Origin: Vulcanimicrobiota bacterium
GTDB lineage: Bacteria; Vulcanimicrobiota; Vulcanimicrobiia; Eremiobacterales; Eremiobacteraceae
NCBI GenBank assembly: GCA_963805945.1
Contig: CAWDVP010000002.1
Location: forward strand, 256,001 to 320,000
Direction: 5' to 3'
DNA length: 64,000 nucleotides
A program made the translations under genes and the position numbers. Every line of letters starts with the position of its first letter. Position 1 is the first letter of the stretch. Below the pieces are notes generated by a model. The model was not told the DNA's origin and searched no databases. It saw nothing but the letters and a program-made list of their open reading frames with translations. Below are positions 9,046 through 21,178 of this stretch, piece by piece.

Positions 9046-9197
9046 TTACCGGGCGTCGGTCGTTTCCCTTGTGGAGAATCCTGTGAAAGCCATGTGCACG
9101 GGATGTGGACGATTTGGGGCGCGGCCAAGCGTCGTCGGAGGGACTTCCCGGCGGCCCGTCGCAAAGTAGCCTACCCGTCCCCGCCAGGAGTCGTCCG

Positions 9198-11174
9198 ATG
9201 AAGATTTGGAATCGCGTGATCGCCACCGGCATGCTGGTCGTGATGACGCTGACCAGCCTGCCCTTGCCTGCCGCCGCCGTCTCTACCCAGACCGAGATCA
9301 AGATGGGCCAGGACGAAGTCAAGCACGTCGACGCCGAGAACAACATCGTCAACGATCCCGTGCTCAACAACTGGGTGAATGGGATCGCCGAGAACCTGCG
9401 TCGAGAGCGCGCCCGGCCGGACATCACCTACACCTTCAAGATCATCGACACGGACGACATCAACGCGTTCTCGCTGCCCGGCGGCTTCATCTACGTCAAC
9501 TTTGGGCTGCTCAACTTCGTCAATTCGGACGACGAGCTCGCCGGGGTCATGGGCCACGAGATGGGGCACATCGAGCGCCGTCACGTGGTGACCTTGCCGG
9601 CCAAGGCGCAGGCGCTGAACATCCTCATCGGCATCCTGTCGATCTTCTCCGTGTTCGCGTATCGGTTTGGCGGCATCCTCGGCGCCGCGGCGCTCTACAA
9701 GATCTCGCGCCAAGACGAGCTGCAGGCCGATCAATACGGCCTCATGCTCATGAGCCGCGCGGGCTACGACCCGAACGCCATGGTCACGTTCATGACGCGG
9801 ATGCAGAAGGAGTTCGGAGACCAGGGCAACGTGCTCGAGAAGTATTTCGAGGACCACCCGGATCCGGTCGCGCGCGTCTCGCACCTCGAAGGCTACCCGC
9901 AGCTCTCCAAGACCGATTCGCAGCAGACGCTCGCCCAGGCGATCCACGACGAAGAGGAAGGGCGCTACGCGTACTCGCTCGGCAAGTTCGACGACGTGCT
10001 CAAAGCAGAACCGACGAGCGAGCTCGCGGAGCTCTACAAGGGCGAAGTCGACCTGGCGCTCGGCAGTTATGCCGCCAGCCAGACCGCGCTGACGCAGGTG
10101 GCCACCGCGCATGAGACCGAGGCCGGAACCGCGGCCGCGCAGCACGAGCTCTCGATGCTCCCGAAAGACCCGCTTGCGGGCACCTCACTGCTCACGCCGA
10201 ACCTCGACCCGCTGCGCACGGCGCTCGACGCATCGCAGAACCTCGTGCACAACAACTCGATCGCCATCGACCAGCAGGCCAGGCTGACGCGAGCCCAGGT
10301 CGCGCAGCTCAACGAGCGGCTCGACAACCTCTCCTACGAAGTGCCGGATTTCGGCAACATCGAAGTGCGGCCCGGCAGCCGCCTCGAAGGCGTGCTCTAC
10401 GACCTCGAGCACATGTCGAAAGACCTCAACCTCATCCTCGACAAGGCTCAGTACATCACGATCAACGACGCGGACCTGTCGAAGGACATCGTCGGCACGC
10501 TTTCCGAGATGCAGGCGCCGCTGCGCGACAAGGTGCTCACCGGCAACACGCTGCGCACGCTGCCCTACTACAACGACATGATCGTGCAGCTCAACACAGC
10601 ATCGAACGACACGCTCACCGCGGTGTCGGCGAGCCGCGGCGCGGTGGCGCTCGGCTGGCAATCGGTGCCCGCGCTCGACGCATACTTCCGCGCGCTGTCG
10701 CGGGCGACGACGGACTTCGGCGGCGATCTGTCGCCGAACGCCGCCGCGCAGCTCAAGCCGATGGCGGTCGCCGTGCTCACGCAGCTCGATGCCGCGGCAG
10801 ATGCGTCGCAAAAAGCCCATGCGCTGTACTTCGCGGCGCAATCGCGCCAGGTGCAGTCGCGGCTCACCCTGCTCGGCACCGGCTACCCCGAAGCCCGCTA
10901 CGACTTCTTCGCCAAGGCGATCCACGCGCGGCTGGGCATCGACGCGCCGTCATACGACGAGTCCTTGCAGCTGCATATGTCGCCGGGCGACGTGGCGGTC
11001 GCATCGTGGTTGGCGGCAGAGGAACGCGTGCCCGTGACCAACGTCATCAACGAGCAGCGCCAGTCGAACAAGCCGTTCATCGATCTCGCGCTGTCCAAGC
11101 AGTTCGCGCCCGAATCTCTCGAGGTCACCCTCGGGCTGTGGTTCGAAGGCTACGCGGAGAAGCCGGTCGAGTAA
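9198..11174 (+). CDS. Secreted M48-family zinc metalloprotease with TPR-like and long helical C-terminal region
   Basis: SD AGGAG, ATG 9198; signal peptide; INAFSLPGG, HEMGH, ELQADQYG, DHP motifs. Confidence 0.85.
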   Translation: MKIWNRVIATGMLVVMTLTSLPLPAAAVSTQTEIKMGQDEVKHVDAENNIVNDPVLNNWVNGIAENLRRERARPDITYTFKIIDTDDINAFSLPGGFIYVNFGLLNFVNSDDELAGVMGHEMGHIERRHVVTLPAKAQALNILIGILSIFSVFAYRFGGILGAAALYKISRQDELQADQYGLMLMSRAGYDPNAMVTFMTRMQKEFGDQGNVLEKYFEDHPDPVARVSHLEGYPQLSKTDSQQTLAQAIHDEEEGRYAYSLGKFDDVLKAEPTSELAELYKGEVDLALGSYAASQTALTQVATAHETEAGTAAAQHELSMLPKDPLAGTSLLTPNLDPLRTALDASQNLVHNNSIAIDQQARLTRAQVAQLNERLDNLSYEVPDFGNIEVRPGSRLEGVLYDLEHMSKDLNLILDKAQYITINDADLSKDIVGTLSEMQAPLRDKVLTGNTLRTLPYYNDMIVQLNTASNDTLTAVSASRGAVALGWQSVPALDAYFRALSRATTDFGGDLSPNAAAQLKPMAVAVLTQLDAAADASQKAHALYFAAQSRQVQSRLTLLGTGYPEARYDFFAKAIHARLGIDAPSYDESLQLHMSPGDVAVASWLAAEERVPVTNVINEQRQSNKPFIDLALSKQFAPESLEVTLGLWFEGYAEKPVE

Positions 11175-11229
11175 GCCGTAGACCCGTCCTGTAACAAGGT
11201 CGCGCTCTGGTGGGTACGGTAGATACTGC

Positions 11230-12301
11230 CATGCCGCCAGAGCTCCCCACGCTGCCCGCGAACGGCGGCACCGGCGCCCACGTCGGGCACTGGATGGAGA
11301 CCGTTCGCTCTCAGGTCAACCTCAACGTCCTCGACGCGCAAGCCGCGCGGCCGGTGCGGCTGCTGTTGGCCGGGCCGGGCGCGGACGAGCTGGCCGACGT
11401 GCTCGACCCCGCGCGCATCGCGCGGGGCTCCGTCCTCGAACCGCTCGATACCGCGCCGGGCTGGATGGTCGCCGACTCGGCGAGCCGCGCGATCATCTAC
11501 TGCGCGGCGAGCGGGGCCGTCCCCGACTCGAGCATCGCGCACCTCACATCGTCGACGCTGCCGGTCTTCGTCATCGACCGGCCGGCCGGCGGCGTGACGC
11601 CCGACGCGCCGAGCACCGCCCCGTCTCCCCGGCCGACGCCGGGCGCGCCTGGCCGCTATTTCGTCAGCGCGCTGACCGCGCTGGAGCTCGGCAAGTACCT
11701 GCTGCCCGACATGGTCAACGCGTGCCGCGACGACGAGATCTCGCTCGCCGCAAGGCTGCCCGATTTCCGCCCGAGCGTGGCCGCGAAGCTCACCGTCGAC
11801 TGCGCGATCAACAGCCTGAAGATCGCGGTCGCCTCCGCGCTGGTGGACCATATCCCGGTGCTCGGCATCATGCTGGGCGGCATCGCGTCGGCGGGCGACA
11901 CCATCGCCATCACCGGCATGCAGATGAACATGCTGCTGCGCATCGCCGCGGCGCATGGCAAGAAGGCCGAGTTCGCCCGCATCGCCGAGCTGTTCCCCGT
12001 CATGGGTGGCGGCTACGGCTGGCGTGCGCTCGCCCGCGAGGCCTCGGGATTCATCCCCTTGGCCGGGCACGTGATCAAGGGCGCGCATCGCGTATGCCGG
12101 CACGCTCGTCATCGGACAAGCGGCGACGTACTACTACGAGACGGGACTGCGCATGGCGCCGGAGAAGGTCGAGCGCGCTCTATCGCGAGGCGGTGGAACG
12201 CACGCGAAGCGTGGCGATCGATTTCATGGAGCGCTTCCGCAAGAAACCGCCATTCGAATGCGACCGCTCCGAGGCGCCGACTAAAGACGGCCCTCATATA
12301 G
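11230..12301 (+). CDS. Conserved hypothetical protein (DUF697/YcjF-like C-terminus); frameshifts near 12085 and 12170; end approximate
   Basis: ORF 11210..12301 with [41 protein letters not shown]; coherent continuation in other frames. Confidence 0.6.
12247..12296 (-). repeat. Degenerate REP pair (class A + class C) at a convergent gene junction
   Basis: Minus strand GAGGGCCGTCTTTAGTCGGCGCC followed by GGAGCGGTCGCATTCGAATGGCGG. Confidence 0.5.
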
Positions 12302-12891
12302 GGTGCGGCGGCCTTCGAGCGCGCGCGCCAGCGTCGATCTCGTCCGCATAATCCAGCTCGCCGCCGATCGGCAGGCCGTACGCGAGCCGCGTCACCTTGA
12401 CGCCGGTCGGCGCGAGAGTCGGTGCAGATATAGCGCGGTCGACTCGCCTTCGGCGTTGGGGTTCGTCGCGACGATGACTTCCTTGATATGTCGGGCTCGA
12501 GCCGGTCGAGCAGTTCCTTGACGTGCAGCTGGCCGACGCCGATGCCCTCCATCGGCGAGATCAACCCGCCGAGCACGTGATAGCGGCCGTTGAAGTCATC
12601 GTCCGCTCGACCGCGTACACGTCTTTGGCTTCGCCGACGACGCAGACGAGCGTGGGATCGCGCCCGGATCGCGAGCAGATCGAGCACTCGTCGGCTTCGG
12701 TGAGGCTGAAGCAGCGGTTGCAGAAGCGCACCTTCTCTTTGACCGCGACGATGGCACGGCGAGCGCCCGTGCGTCTTCCGGCTCGCCGAAAGCAGATGGA
12801 ACGCGAGCCGTGCCGCGGTCTTCGGTCCGACCGTGGGCAGCTTCTCCAGTTCGCCGATGAGGTTCGAGAGCGGGGCTGCGATGTAGTCCAG
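12281..12891 (-). CDS. recR: Recombination protein RecR; frameshifted
   Basis: [35 protein letters not shown] zinc motif, [23 protein letters not shown]; dnaX-ybaB-recR synteny. Confidence 0.9.
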
Positions 12892-12898
12892 GGTCCGG

Positions 12899-13207
12899 TT
12901 AGAAGCCCGGGGATCCCAAGACCGCCGGCGAGCGGGCCCATGCGCGCCTGCGACAGCTCCGTCACCTTGGCCTGCGCGTCCTTGAACGCGATGCCGATGA
13001 GGTCTTCAAGCGTCTCGACGTCGTCCGGATCGACCGCGGCTTTGTGCGATCTTGCACCGCGCTCGAGCCCCGTGGCCGTCCAACGTCACCGTGCACCGCG
13101 CCCGAGCCAGCCGACCCGGTCACCGTCTCGTCGGCCGAGCTCTTCTTGGACTTCGCCAGCTGCTCTTGGAGCTGGCGCGCCTGCTGCAGCAATTGATGCT
13201 GGTTCAT
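12899..13207 (-). CDS. ybaB: YbaB/EbfC nucleoid-associated protein; frameshifted
   Basis: [47 protein letters not shown]. Confidence 0.88.
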
Positions 13208-13237
13208 CGATGTATCCTGAACAGACGCTGAAGGTCG

Positions 13238-14906
<1,669 letters not shown>

Positions 14907-14917
14907 GATGCTTGGCG

Positions 14918-14943
14918 CTTCGGGCGGTTTGCGGCACTTTCCT
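14918..14943 (-). promoter_or_regulatory. Candidate sigmaH-like promoter for dnaX (AGGA-N18-GAAG, 11 nt before GTG)
   Basis: Minus strand GAGGAAAGTGCCGCAAACCGCCCGAAG; no SD. Confidence 0.5.
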
Positions 14944-15207
14944 CACGGGATTTTCTATTGACAATCGTGTTATCGTTATAGCAAGCACCATGGAGGAATC
15001 GTCCCGCATCCGGGGCCTTTGGGACGGCCCTGAAGATCGGACGCCATAAGCTGAAACTACGCGTTTTGTCGTTGAGTAATCAGGGTATCGAAAACACGGT
15101 CGGGTAGTCTCAAGTCGAGTTCGGTCCTCAGACGGTATACAGAGGCTCGAATTCTGCATCTCGGCGGCGCCCGGCCCGGACATCACGGCAGAAGGAACAA
15201 GGAACAT

Positions 15208-16870
15208 ATGAAGGTCGACATCGACCTGACCGAAGCGCTCCGCACGCACTTCGGCTACGAGAGCTTCCAGCCCGGCCAGGAAGAGGTCATCCGCCGCGTG
15301 CTGGACGGCAAGGACACGCTCGCGATCCTGGCCACCGGCGCCGGGAAATCGCTGTGCTACCAATTGCCCGCGCTGCTGCTGCCCGGCACGACCATCGTCG
15401 TGTCGCCGCTCATCGCGTTGATGAAGGATCAGATCGACATGCTCGCCGAGGCGGGCATCAACGAGCACGATCGCGCTCAACAGCACGCTGACCGAAGAGG
15501 AAGAGGTCTCGCTATCTCGAGCGCGTCGCGCGCGGCAATCTCAAGCTCATCTACGTCACCCCCGAGCGGCTCGAGGACGAGAGCTTCGTCGACGTGCTCA
15601 AACGGCTGCACGTGCCGCTGTTCGTGGTGGACGAGGCGCATTGCATCTCGCAGTGGGGGCACGATTTCCGGCCAGCATACCTGAATCTCGGCCGCGTCAT
15701 CGCGGCGCTCGGCAGGCCGCCGGTGCTCGCGCTCACCGCCACCGCCACGCCCGCGGTGCGCGAGGACATCGTCACGCAGCTCGGCATCCCGCCACCAAGC
15801 CGATCGTGCGCGGGTTCGACCGGCCCGAATCTCGTCTATGAAGTGGCGCGCACCGACGAGCGATGAGCTCGACAAGCTGCGCGTGCTCAAAGCCAAGTTC
15901 ACCGGGCCGCTCGACGGCGCGCTCGGCATCATCTATACCGCGACCATCAAGAACACCGAAGCCGTCGCCGAGTACTGCCGCGAAGAGCTCGGCATGCCCG
16001 CCGACGTCTACCATAGCAAACTGCAGAAAGCCGAACGCGAGCGCGTCCACGACCACTTCATGAGCGAGGACGTCAAGATCGTCGTCGCGACCAACGCGTT
16101 CGGGCTGGGCATCGACAAGTCGAACATCCGCTTCGTCATCCACTACGATCTGCCGGGCAGCGTCGAGGCGTACACGCAAGAGGCGGGGCGCGCAGGTCGC
16201 GACGGGCTGGAGTCCACCTGCCTGCTGCTGTATCGCCAAAGCGATACGCGCGTGCAGAACTACTTCTTGACCGGCAAGTATCCCGACGTCGAGGAGGTGC
16301 AGAAGGTCTTCGGCACGCTCACCTACTTCGAGAGCCAGGACAACGGCGTGTCGCTCTCCGATCTGCGCAAGATCTCGCAGCTGCCGTTGACGAAGCTCAA
16401 AGTGATCCTCGCGCTGCTCAAGAAGGGCGGCTACATCGTCAACGTCACCAAGTCGACGTACGGTCTCGCGCCGTTCGTCAAAGGGCAGAAGGATCTGACG
16501 CTCAATCTCGCCAGCTACGAGACGAAGCGCTCGTACGACCAGAGCAAGCTCGCGATGATGCTGCAGTACTGCGAGACGCGCAGCTGCCGGCGCAAGTTCA
16601 TCCTGAACTACTTCGGCGAGGACTTCGACGAGCCCAACTGCGGCGCGTGCGACAACTGCCGCGCAGCGCTCGCTGCGGGGCGTCACCGTCGAGGTCGACG
16701 ACGCGGACGAGACGGACGACTTCCGCATCGGCGACGTCGTGCATCACACGAAGTTCGGCTCGGGAACGGTGGAACGTCAGGAGCGCGATCTCGTCACCGT
16801 GCTCTTCCCCGCACACGGCTATAAGACGCTCCTCGCCTCGGCGGTGAACCGGGAACAGCAAATCGCCTAG
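15208..16870 (+). CDS. recQ: RecQ-family DNA helicase with a C-terminal Tudor-like domain; frameshifted
   Basis: [77 protein letters not shown]; ends EQQIA*. Confidence 0.9.
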
Positions 16871-18590
16871 TGGGGCCAGCTGCGCTGCGCCGGCAGATCC
16901 GCGCCGCCGCGTGTGGCGGCGCGTTCGTGCTCGTGCTCACGGCGGTCGCGTACTCCGGCGGCGCGCGCGGCGATCAGACGCCGGCGCCGCTTCCTTCGCT
17001 CGCCACCGACGCCCGCGCCAAGGCGACGCCGGCGCGGCCCAACCCGGCCAACCCGTTCCCGCCAGCCCGTGTCCGTCCGGCGCGACCGACTGCAGCCCCG
17101 GCCCGCAAGGCACGATCATGCAGACCCCGACGCCCGCGCCCCAGCTCGTCATCGTCAATCCGATCGCTCTGCGCGTGCTGCTCGGCCACGTCGCTTCGGC
17201 GCGGCTGCTCTCGCCGCCAAGCGGCATCGTCATGCTCTCAGGCAACGATGAGAACATCGCGCACGCGGTCTTCAATCCCATCGACCGCACGATCGACTCA
17301 CGGGCTTGCATCCCGGCACGACCCGATGACCGCCACCGGACCGAACGGGCTCACGGCGACGCTCGAGCGTGACCGTGCAGGTGTCGGCGGGCAAAGCGGA
17401 CGCGTTCACCGCCATCAACGTGACTGGGCACCCGGCGACTTCGATCTTCTTGGCCGAGATGGCGCAGGCGGCCGCGTTGCGCGTCGCCTATCCGCAGGCG
17501 GGCGCGCATGGTGACAGGCTTCCCCGAGGACGTCGTGGAGCTCGAGCCCGATATGACGGCGGTCGTGCACGTGCCGCTGGACATCACCGGCGCCAACTAC
17601 TTCGCCTATCACACCAGGGTCGCCGTGCGCATCACGAATCTCGCCCAGCCGCGGCTGGCGCCGCTCTTCACCCTCGTGTCCGATTTCCCCGAGACGATCA
17701 CCGAGAACGGCACGCTCTTCTACAGCGACGTCACCTTCGACAAGCCTGCGCGGCTGCTGTACTACCATTACGCGCCGCCGGGCGCGCCGCTGCGGCGCGT
17801 GCTCGTCAAGGTGCAGAACAACGGCATGGAGTCGGCGCGGCTCGAGATGATCTCGGGCATCTCCGGTCCTTCGCCTGATATCTTGGGCGTTGGCCACGAG
17901 TCGACGCGGCGTTTCTTGGTGCGCGATGCCGCCGGCGAAGGCGAGGTCTTCGAGGTGCCGCCGCAAGGCCACGATCAACGTCGTCGATCAACTGCTGCCC
18001 GCCGGACAAGCTCGTGTGCGGTCTCATGCAGATGCGCGTCATCAGCGGGCCGGGGCTGCGCGTCGCGGTCGTCGTGCAGGACGCCGACGGCTCGCCGATC
18101 GAGCCGATCTCCGACACGCTGCTCTCGAGCGCGGTGAAGCACTCGCGCGGCGTGTATCAGGTGCCGGAGTTCTTCTACGAGGAATCGTACACCATCGGCG
18201 ATGCCCCGACGACGCTCGCCATCGGCAAACTGCCGTTGCCGAACTTCGTGCAGGGCGAGGTGCTCGGCGGCGATTACGGCGTGAAGCAGAGCGCCGACGT
18301 CAACCTGCTCAATCCGACCAACCAGCCGGCCGATGTCGGGCTGTGGTTCGAGCCGCGCGGCGGCCGCGCGACGGGGACGCTGCTCGTCAACGGCGACGTC
18401 GTTCAGCTGCATCCGGTCGACGCCTATGAAGGCCGCGCTCGTGCGCCGCTTCACCGTGCCGGCGCGCGGCTTCATGCACGTGAGCGTGGTGACGATGCCC
18501 GAAGGCGGATCGGCCTATCCGGTCAATCTGCTGTTCGCATCGGATCCGCCGCCAGGGGCGGGCTGGAATCTCTCACCCGCGGTCCACTAG
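16870..18590 (+). CDS. Secreted hypothetical protein with a Pro-rich N-terminus; several frameshifts
   Basis: Signal-like FVLVLTAVAYSGGARG; consecutive coding-like ORF fragments 16870, 17369, 17508, 18014, 18333 ending PAVH*. Confidence 0.6.
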
Positions 18591-18639
18591 AGCCGAGGCG
18601 ACGAGCGGCGCTGCGCGGGGCGCGCTCGTCCCGTCGGCT
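18591..18639. terminator. Long GC hairpin between convergent genes
   Basis: AGCCGA..GACGAGCG / CGCTCGTC..TCGGCT; no U-tract. Confidence 0.4.
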
Positions 18640-18651
18640 CGTCCTGTGTCC

Positions 18652-19230
18652 CTAGCCTGATGCTCGGGACCGTTTCGCTTCCGTGTCCACCGCCAGATAT
18701 TCGTCCACCAGCGACAGCCGCTGCTTGTGCTTCGGATAGGTGCCGTCGGGATTCTTCGCGATGTATTCTTTGGACTCGACGACCAGGTATTCGAAATTCT
18801 CCCACACGCCCGGCCCGTCCTTACGCCGGCAGATGGCGATCAGCTGCTCGCCCACCTCCCAGTCGCGCACCACGCGAAAGGCGAACACGTCGACCACCGC
18901 ATCGACCGGGATCAGGCGCTGCTTCGCGAGCGAGCCGACATAATCGTACCAGTTGTACAGGTGCAGCCACGGGGCGTCGTTTCGATCGAAGGTGTTGTCA
19001 TCGAGCACGCGGCGGAACTCCGGATCGGTGAGCCGCGCCACGTGCGCCTTGATGGAGTTGCTCCATTCGATGAGCTGCGGATCCTCGCTGCGGCCGACCA
19101 CGCTGAGCAGGCCGGTGAGCTGATTGCTCGTCCGCAGATGGTTCAGCTGGATCACCGCCGCGATCGCCGTCGCGGCGATCACGATGAAGGTGCCGGCCGA
19201 GGTGATAGTGCTCAGGAGCTCCAGGGACAT
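18652..19230 (-). CDS. Single N-terminal TM protein, DUF4760-like; paralog of 5404..6009
   Basis: SD GAGGAGG; MSLELLST..ATAIAAVIQLNHLR..WENFEYL..YPKH. Confidence 0.7.
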   Translation of the reverse strand: MSLELLSTITSAGTFIVIAATAIAAVIQLNHLRTSNQLTGLLSVVGRSEDPQLIEWSNSIKAHVARLTDPEFRRVLDDNTFDRNDAPWLHLYNWYDYVGSLAKQRLIPVDAVVDVFAFRVVRDWEVGEQLIAICRRKDGPGVWENFEYLVVESKEYIAKNPDGTYPKHKQRLSLVDEYLAVDTEAKRSRASG

Positions 19231-19246
19231 GCGAAGTACCTCCTCG

Positions 19247-20275
19247 TCATAGCAGCGAGCGGTAGACGGACATCATCGTCTCGGCGACGGCCGACCAGGT
19301 GAAGGTCGCGGCGCGCGCGCGGCCGCGCGCGACTCGCTCGTCGACGGCCGGACCGCCCGCCACGATCGCCTCGATGCCGGCCGCGAACGCGGCATCGTCG
19401 CCTGGGGACGCGTAGAGCGCCGCATCACCAAGCACCTCTTCGAGCACCGGGATGCGCGATACGACCACCGGCAGGCCCGCGGCGAGCGCTTGGAGCGGCG
19501 GCAGGCCGAAGCCCTCGTAACGCGACGGGAAGATCAACGCGGCCGCCTGCGCATACAAAGCCAGCAGCGATTCGTCGCTCGCATAGCCGCGCAGTTCGAC
19601 GCGCGCGCCGACGCCGAGCCGCTCGATCTCGCGGCGCACGTCATCCTCGAACGGCGTGCGCATGCCCACTGAGACCAAGCGCAGCCCGTCGATGCGGGCC
19701 ACCGCGCGCACCGCGGTGAGCAGATCTTTGCGCTCCTCCACCGTGCCGACCGCGAGCGCGAACGGCGGCTGCGACGGAGCCCGAGTGACCGCCGCGAAAC
19801 GTTCATCCACGCCCGCGCCGGCCACGGTGACCCGTTTCGGGTCGACGCCCAGACCATCGGCGACATCCGCACGCGCCGCTTCCGTATCCACGACGATCGC
19901 GTTCGCGCGCCGCGCGAGTCCCGGTTGAAAGCTGCCGAAATACCAGCGCACGTAGGCGCGCCCGCGGTTGGCGGCACGCAGCCACGTCAGATCGTGCAGC
20001 GTGAGCACGCTAGGGTGCGGCGGACGCCACGGCAGCGTGCCGCCGGTGAAGTGCGCGACGTCCGCCTTGGCGGCGCGCACCAGCGCCGGCGCGCGCACCT
20101 GATCCCACCACAGCCGCCGATCGAAGCGCCAGATGTCCAGCGTCGGGTCGGCGATCTCGACCACGTCGATGTCGCCGCGCGCGCGCAGCGCCGCCGCGAG
20201 CCGGCCGGCGTAGACGCCAAGCCCGGTCGGCGTGCCGAGCGCGAATTGCGTCTCGAGCGCGAGCCGCACGCTCAC
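19247..20275 (-). CDS. GT4 family glycosyltransferase
   Basis: VGTVEERKD, FPSRYEGFGLPPLQALAAG. Confidence 0.9.
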   Translation of the reverse strand: MSVRLALETQFALGTPTGLGVYAGRLAAALRARGDIDVVEIADPTLDIWRFDRRLWWDQVRAPALVRAAKADVAHFTGGTLPWRPPHPSVLTLHDLTWLRAANRGRAYVRWYFGSFQPGLARRANAIVVDTEAARADVADGLGVDPKRVTVAGAGVDERFAAVTRAPSQPPFALAVGTVEERKDLLTAVRAVARIDGLRLVSVGMRTPFEDDVRREIERLGVGARVELRGYASDESLLALYAQAAALIFPSRYEGFGLPPLQALAAGLPVVVSRIPVLEEVLGDAALYASPGDDAAFAAGIEAIVAGGPAVDERVARGRARAATFTWSAVAETMMSVYRSLL

Positions 20276-21045
20276 GGACCGATCGTCGGGGACGCGCCGA
20301 GCTGTGCGAGCGCCTGCTCCGCATCGGATTGGTGGGGATGCAGGGCGAGCACGCGGCGGAACGCGTTCGCGGCCGCGTGCCGGTCGCCCCAGCTCATCTG
20401 CGCGAAGGCGAACGACAGCAGATAGCCCTCGTTGAAGGGCGCGAGCGCGGTGGCGCGATCGAACGCAGCGATCGCCTCGCGATGGTACGCGGCCGCCTTT
20501 GACGGGTTCGCGTCGCCGGCGGCGGCGGCGAGCATGCCGACCTTGGAATAGGCGGCGGCGAGATCGGCGCGCAGGAAAATGCTGTCGCCGAGACGCTGGA
20601 TCAGCGCTTTCTCCAGCGCGATCGCCTCATCGTACTTGCCGTGCGAGGCCATGACGTCGACCACCGCCGCCAGGCGATGCGCGGCTTTGGCGTCGAGGTA
20701 TGCCTCGACCGCTTCGTCCGGGTGACCGAGCCGCGCGTAGGCGTCGCCCTGCCCCGCGACGCACGGCGGGCCGCACGCGGCGCGCTCGAAATCGCGCAGC
20801 GCGGTTGCCGGATCGCTGTCGAGCTCTGCGCGGGCGCGGTCTTCGAGCAGCAGATGCGAATCCGGCACAAGCGCGAGACCGCGGTCGAACAGCGACTGCG
20901 CGCGCGGGGTGTCGCCTTTGACCAGCGCGAGGTTGCCCAGATCGTCGTACCCCCAGGCCGCTAGGTGGCGCCAGACCAAGGCTACCGCGAGCGCGAGCGT
21001 GAGAGCAAGCGCGAGCAGCGCGTTGCGCCGGCCCGCGGTCGTCAT
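20272..21045 (-). CDS. Membrane-anchored TPR protein
   Basis: N-terminal hydrophobic helix; TPR-like helices (AFDRATALAP, FRRVLALHP); GTGA overlap with the GT4 gene. Confidence 0.7.
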   Translation of the reverse strand: MTTAGRRNALLALALTLALAVALVWRHLAAWGYDDLGNLALVKGDTPRAQSLFDRGLALVPDSHLLLEDRARAELDSDPATALRDFERAACGPPCVAGQGDAYARLGHPDEAVEAYLDAKAAHRLAAVVDVMASHGKYDEAIALEKALIQRLGDSIFLRADLAAAYSKVGMLAAAAGDANPSKAAAYHREAIAAFDRATALAPFNEGYLLSFAFAQMSWGDRHAAANAFRRVLALHPHQSDAEQALAQLGASPTIGP

Positions 21046-21048
21046 GAC

Positions 21049-21074
21049 GGGCCGACCTGAAGGTCGGCCCCTAC
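21049..21074 (-). repeat. REP-like palindrome class A
   Basis: Identical to 8265-8290. Confidence 0.88.
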
Positions 21075-21099
21075 ATCGAGGGTTGCATGGGGCATGGGA

Positions 21100-21133
21100 A
21101 AAGATTCGGGGGCCGGGCTATGCCCGACCCCCT
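21100..21133 (-). terminator. Intrinsic terminator-like hairpin after the SLH-porin gene
   Basis: Minus strand GGGGGTCGGGC-ATA-GCCCGGCCCCC followed by GAATCTTT. Confidence 0.6.
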
Positions 21134-21142
21134 AGTCCCTTT

Positions 21143-21166
21143 CGGTCGAGCAAACTCGACCGCTCC
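21143..21166 (-). repeat. REP-like palindrome class C (GGAG-CGGTCGAG-TTTG-CTCGACCG)
   Basis: Perfect 8-bp stem; sister copy at 60519-60542. Confidence 0.7.
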
Positions 21167-21178
21167 CAATCGCCGGTC

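Noticed and set aside
15015..15062. SAM-I-like (GGGACGGCCCTGAAG) or fluoride-riboswitch-like fragment; SRP RNA upstream of dnaX
   Set aside because: Only short partial matches; the remaining conserved elements (GCAACC, the SRP GGAA-loop motif) are absent, and the downstream gene does not fit.
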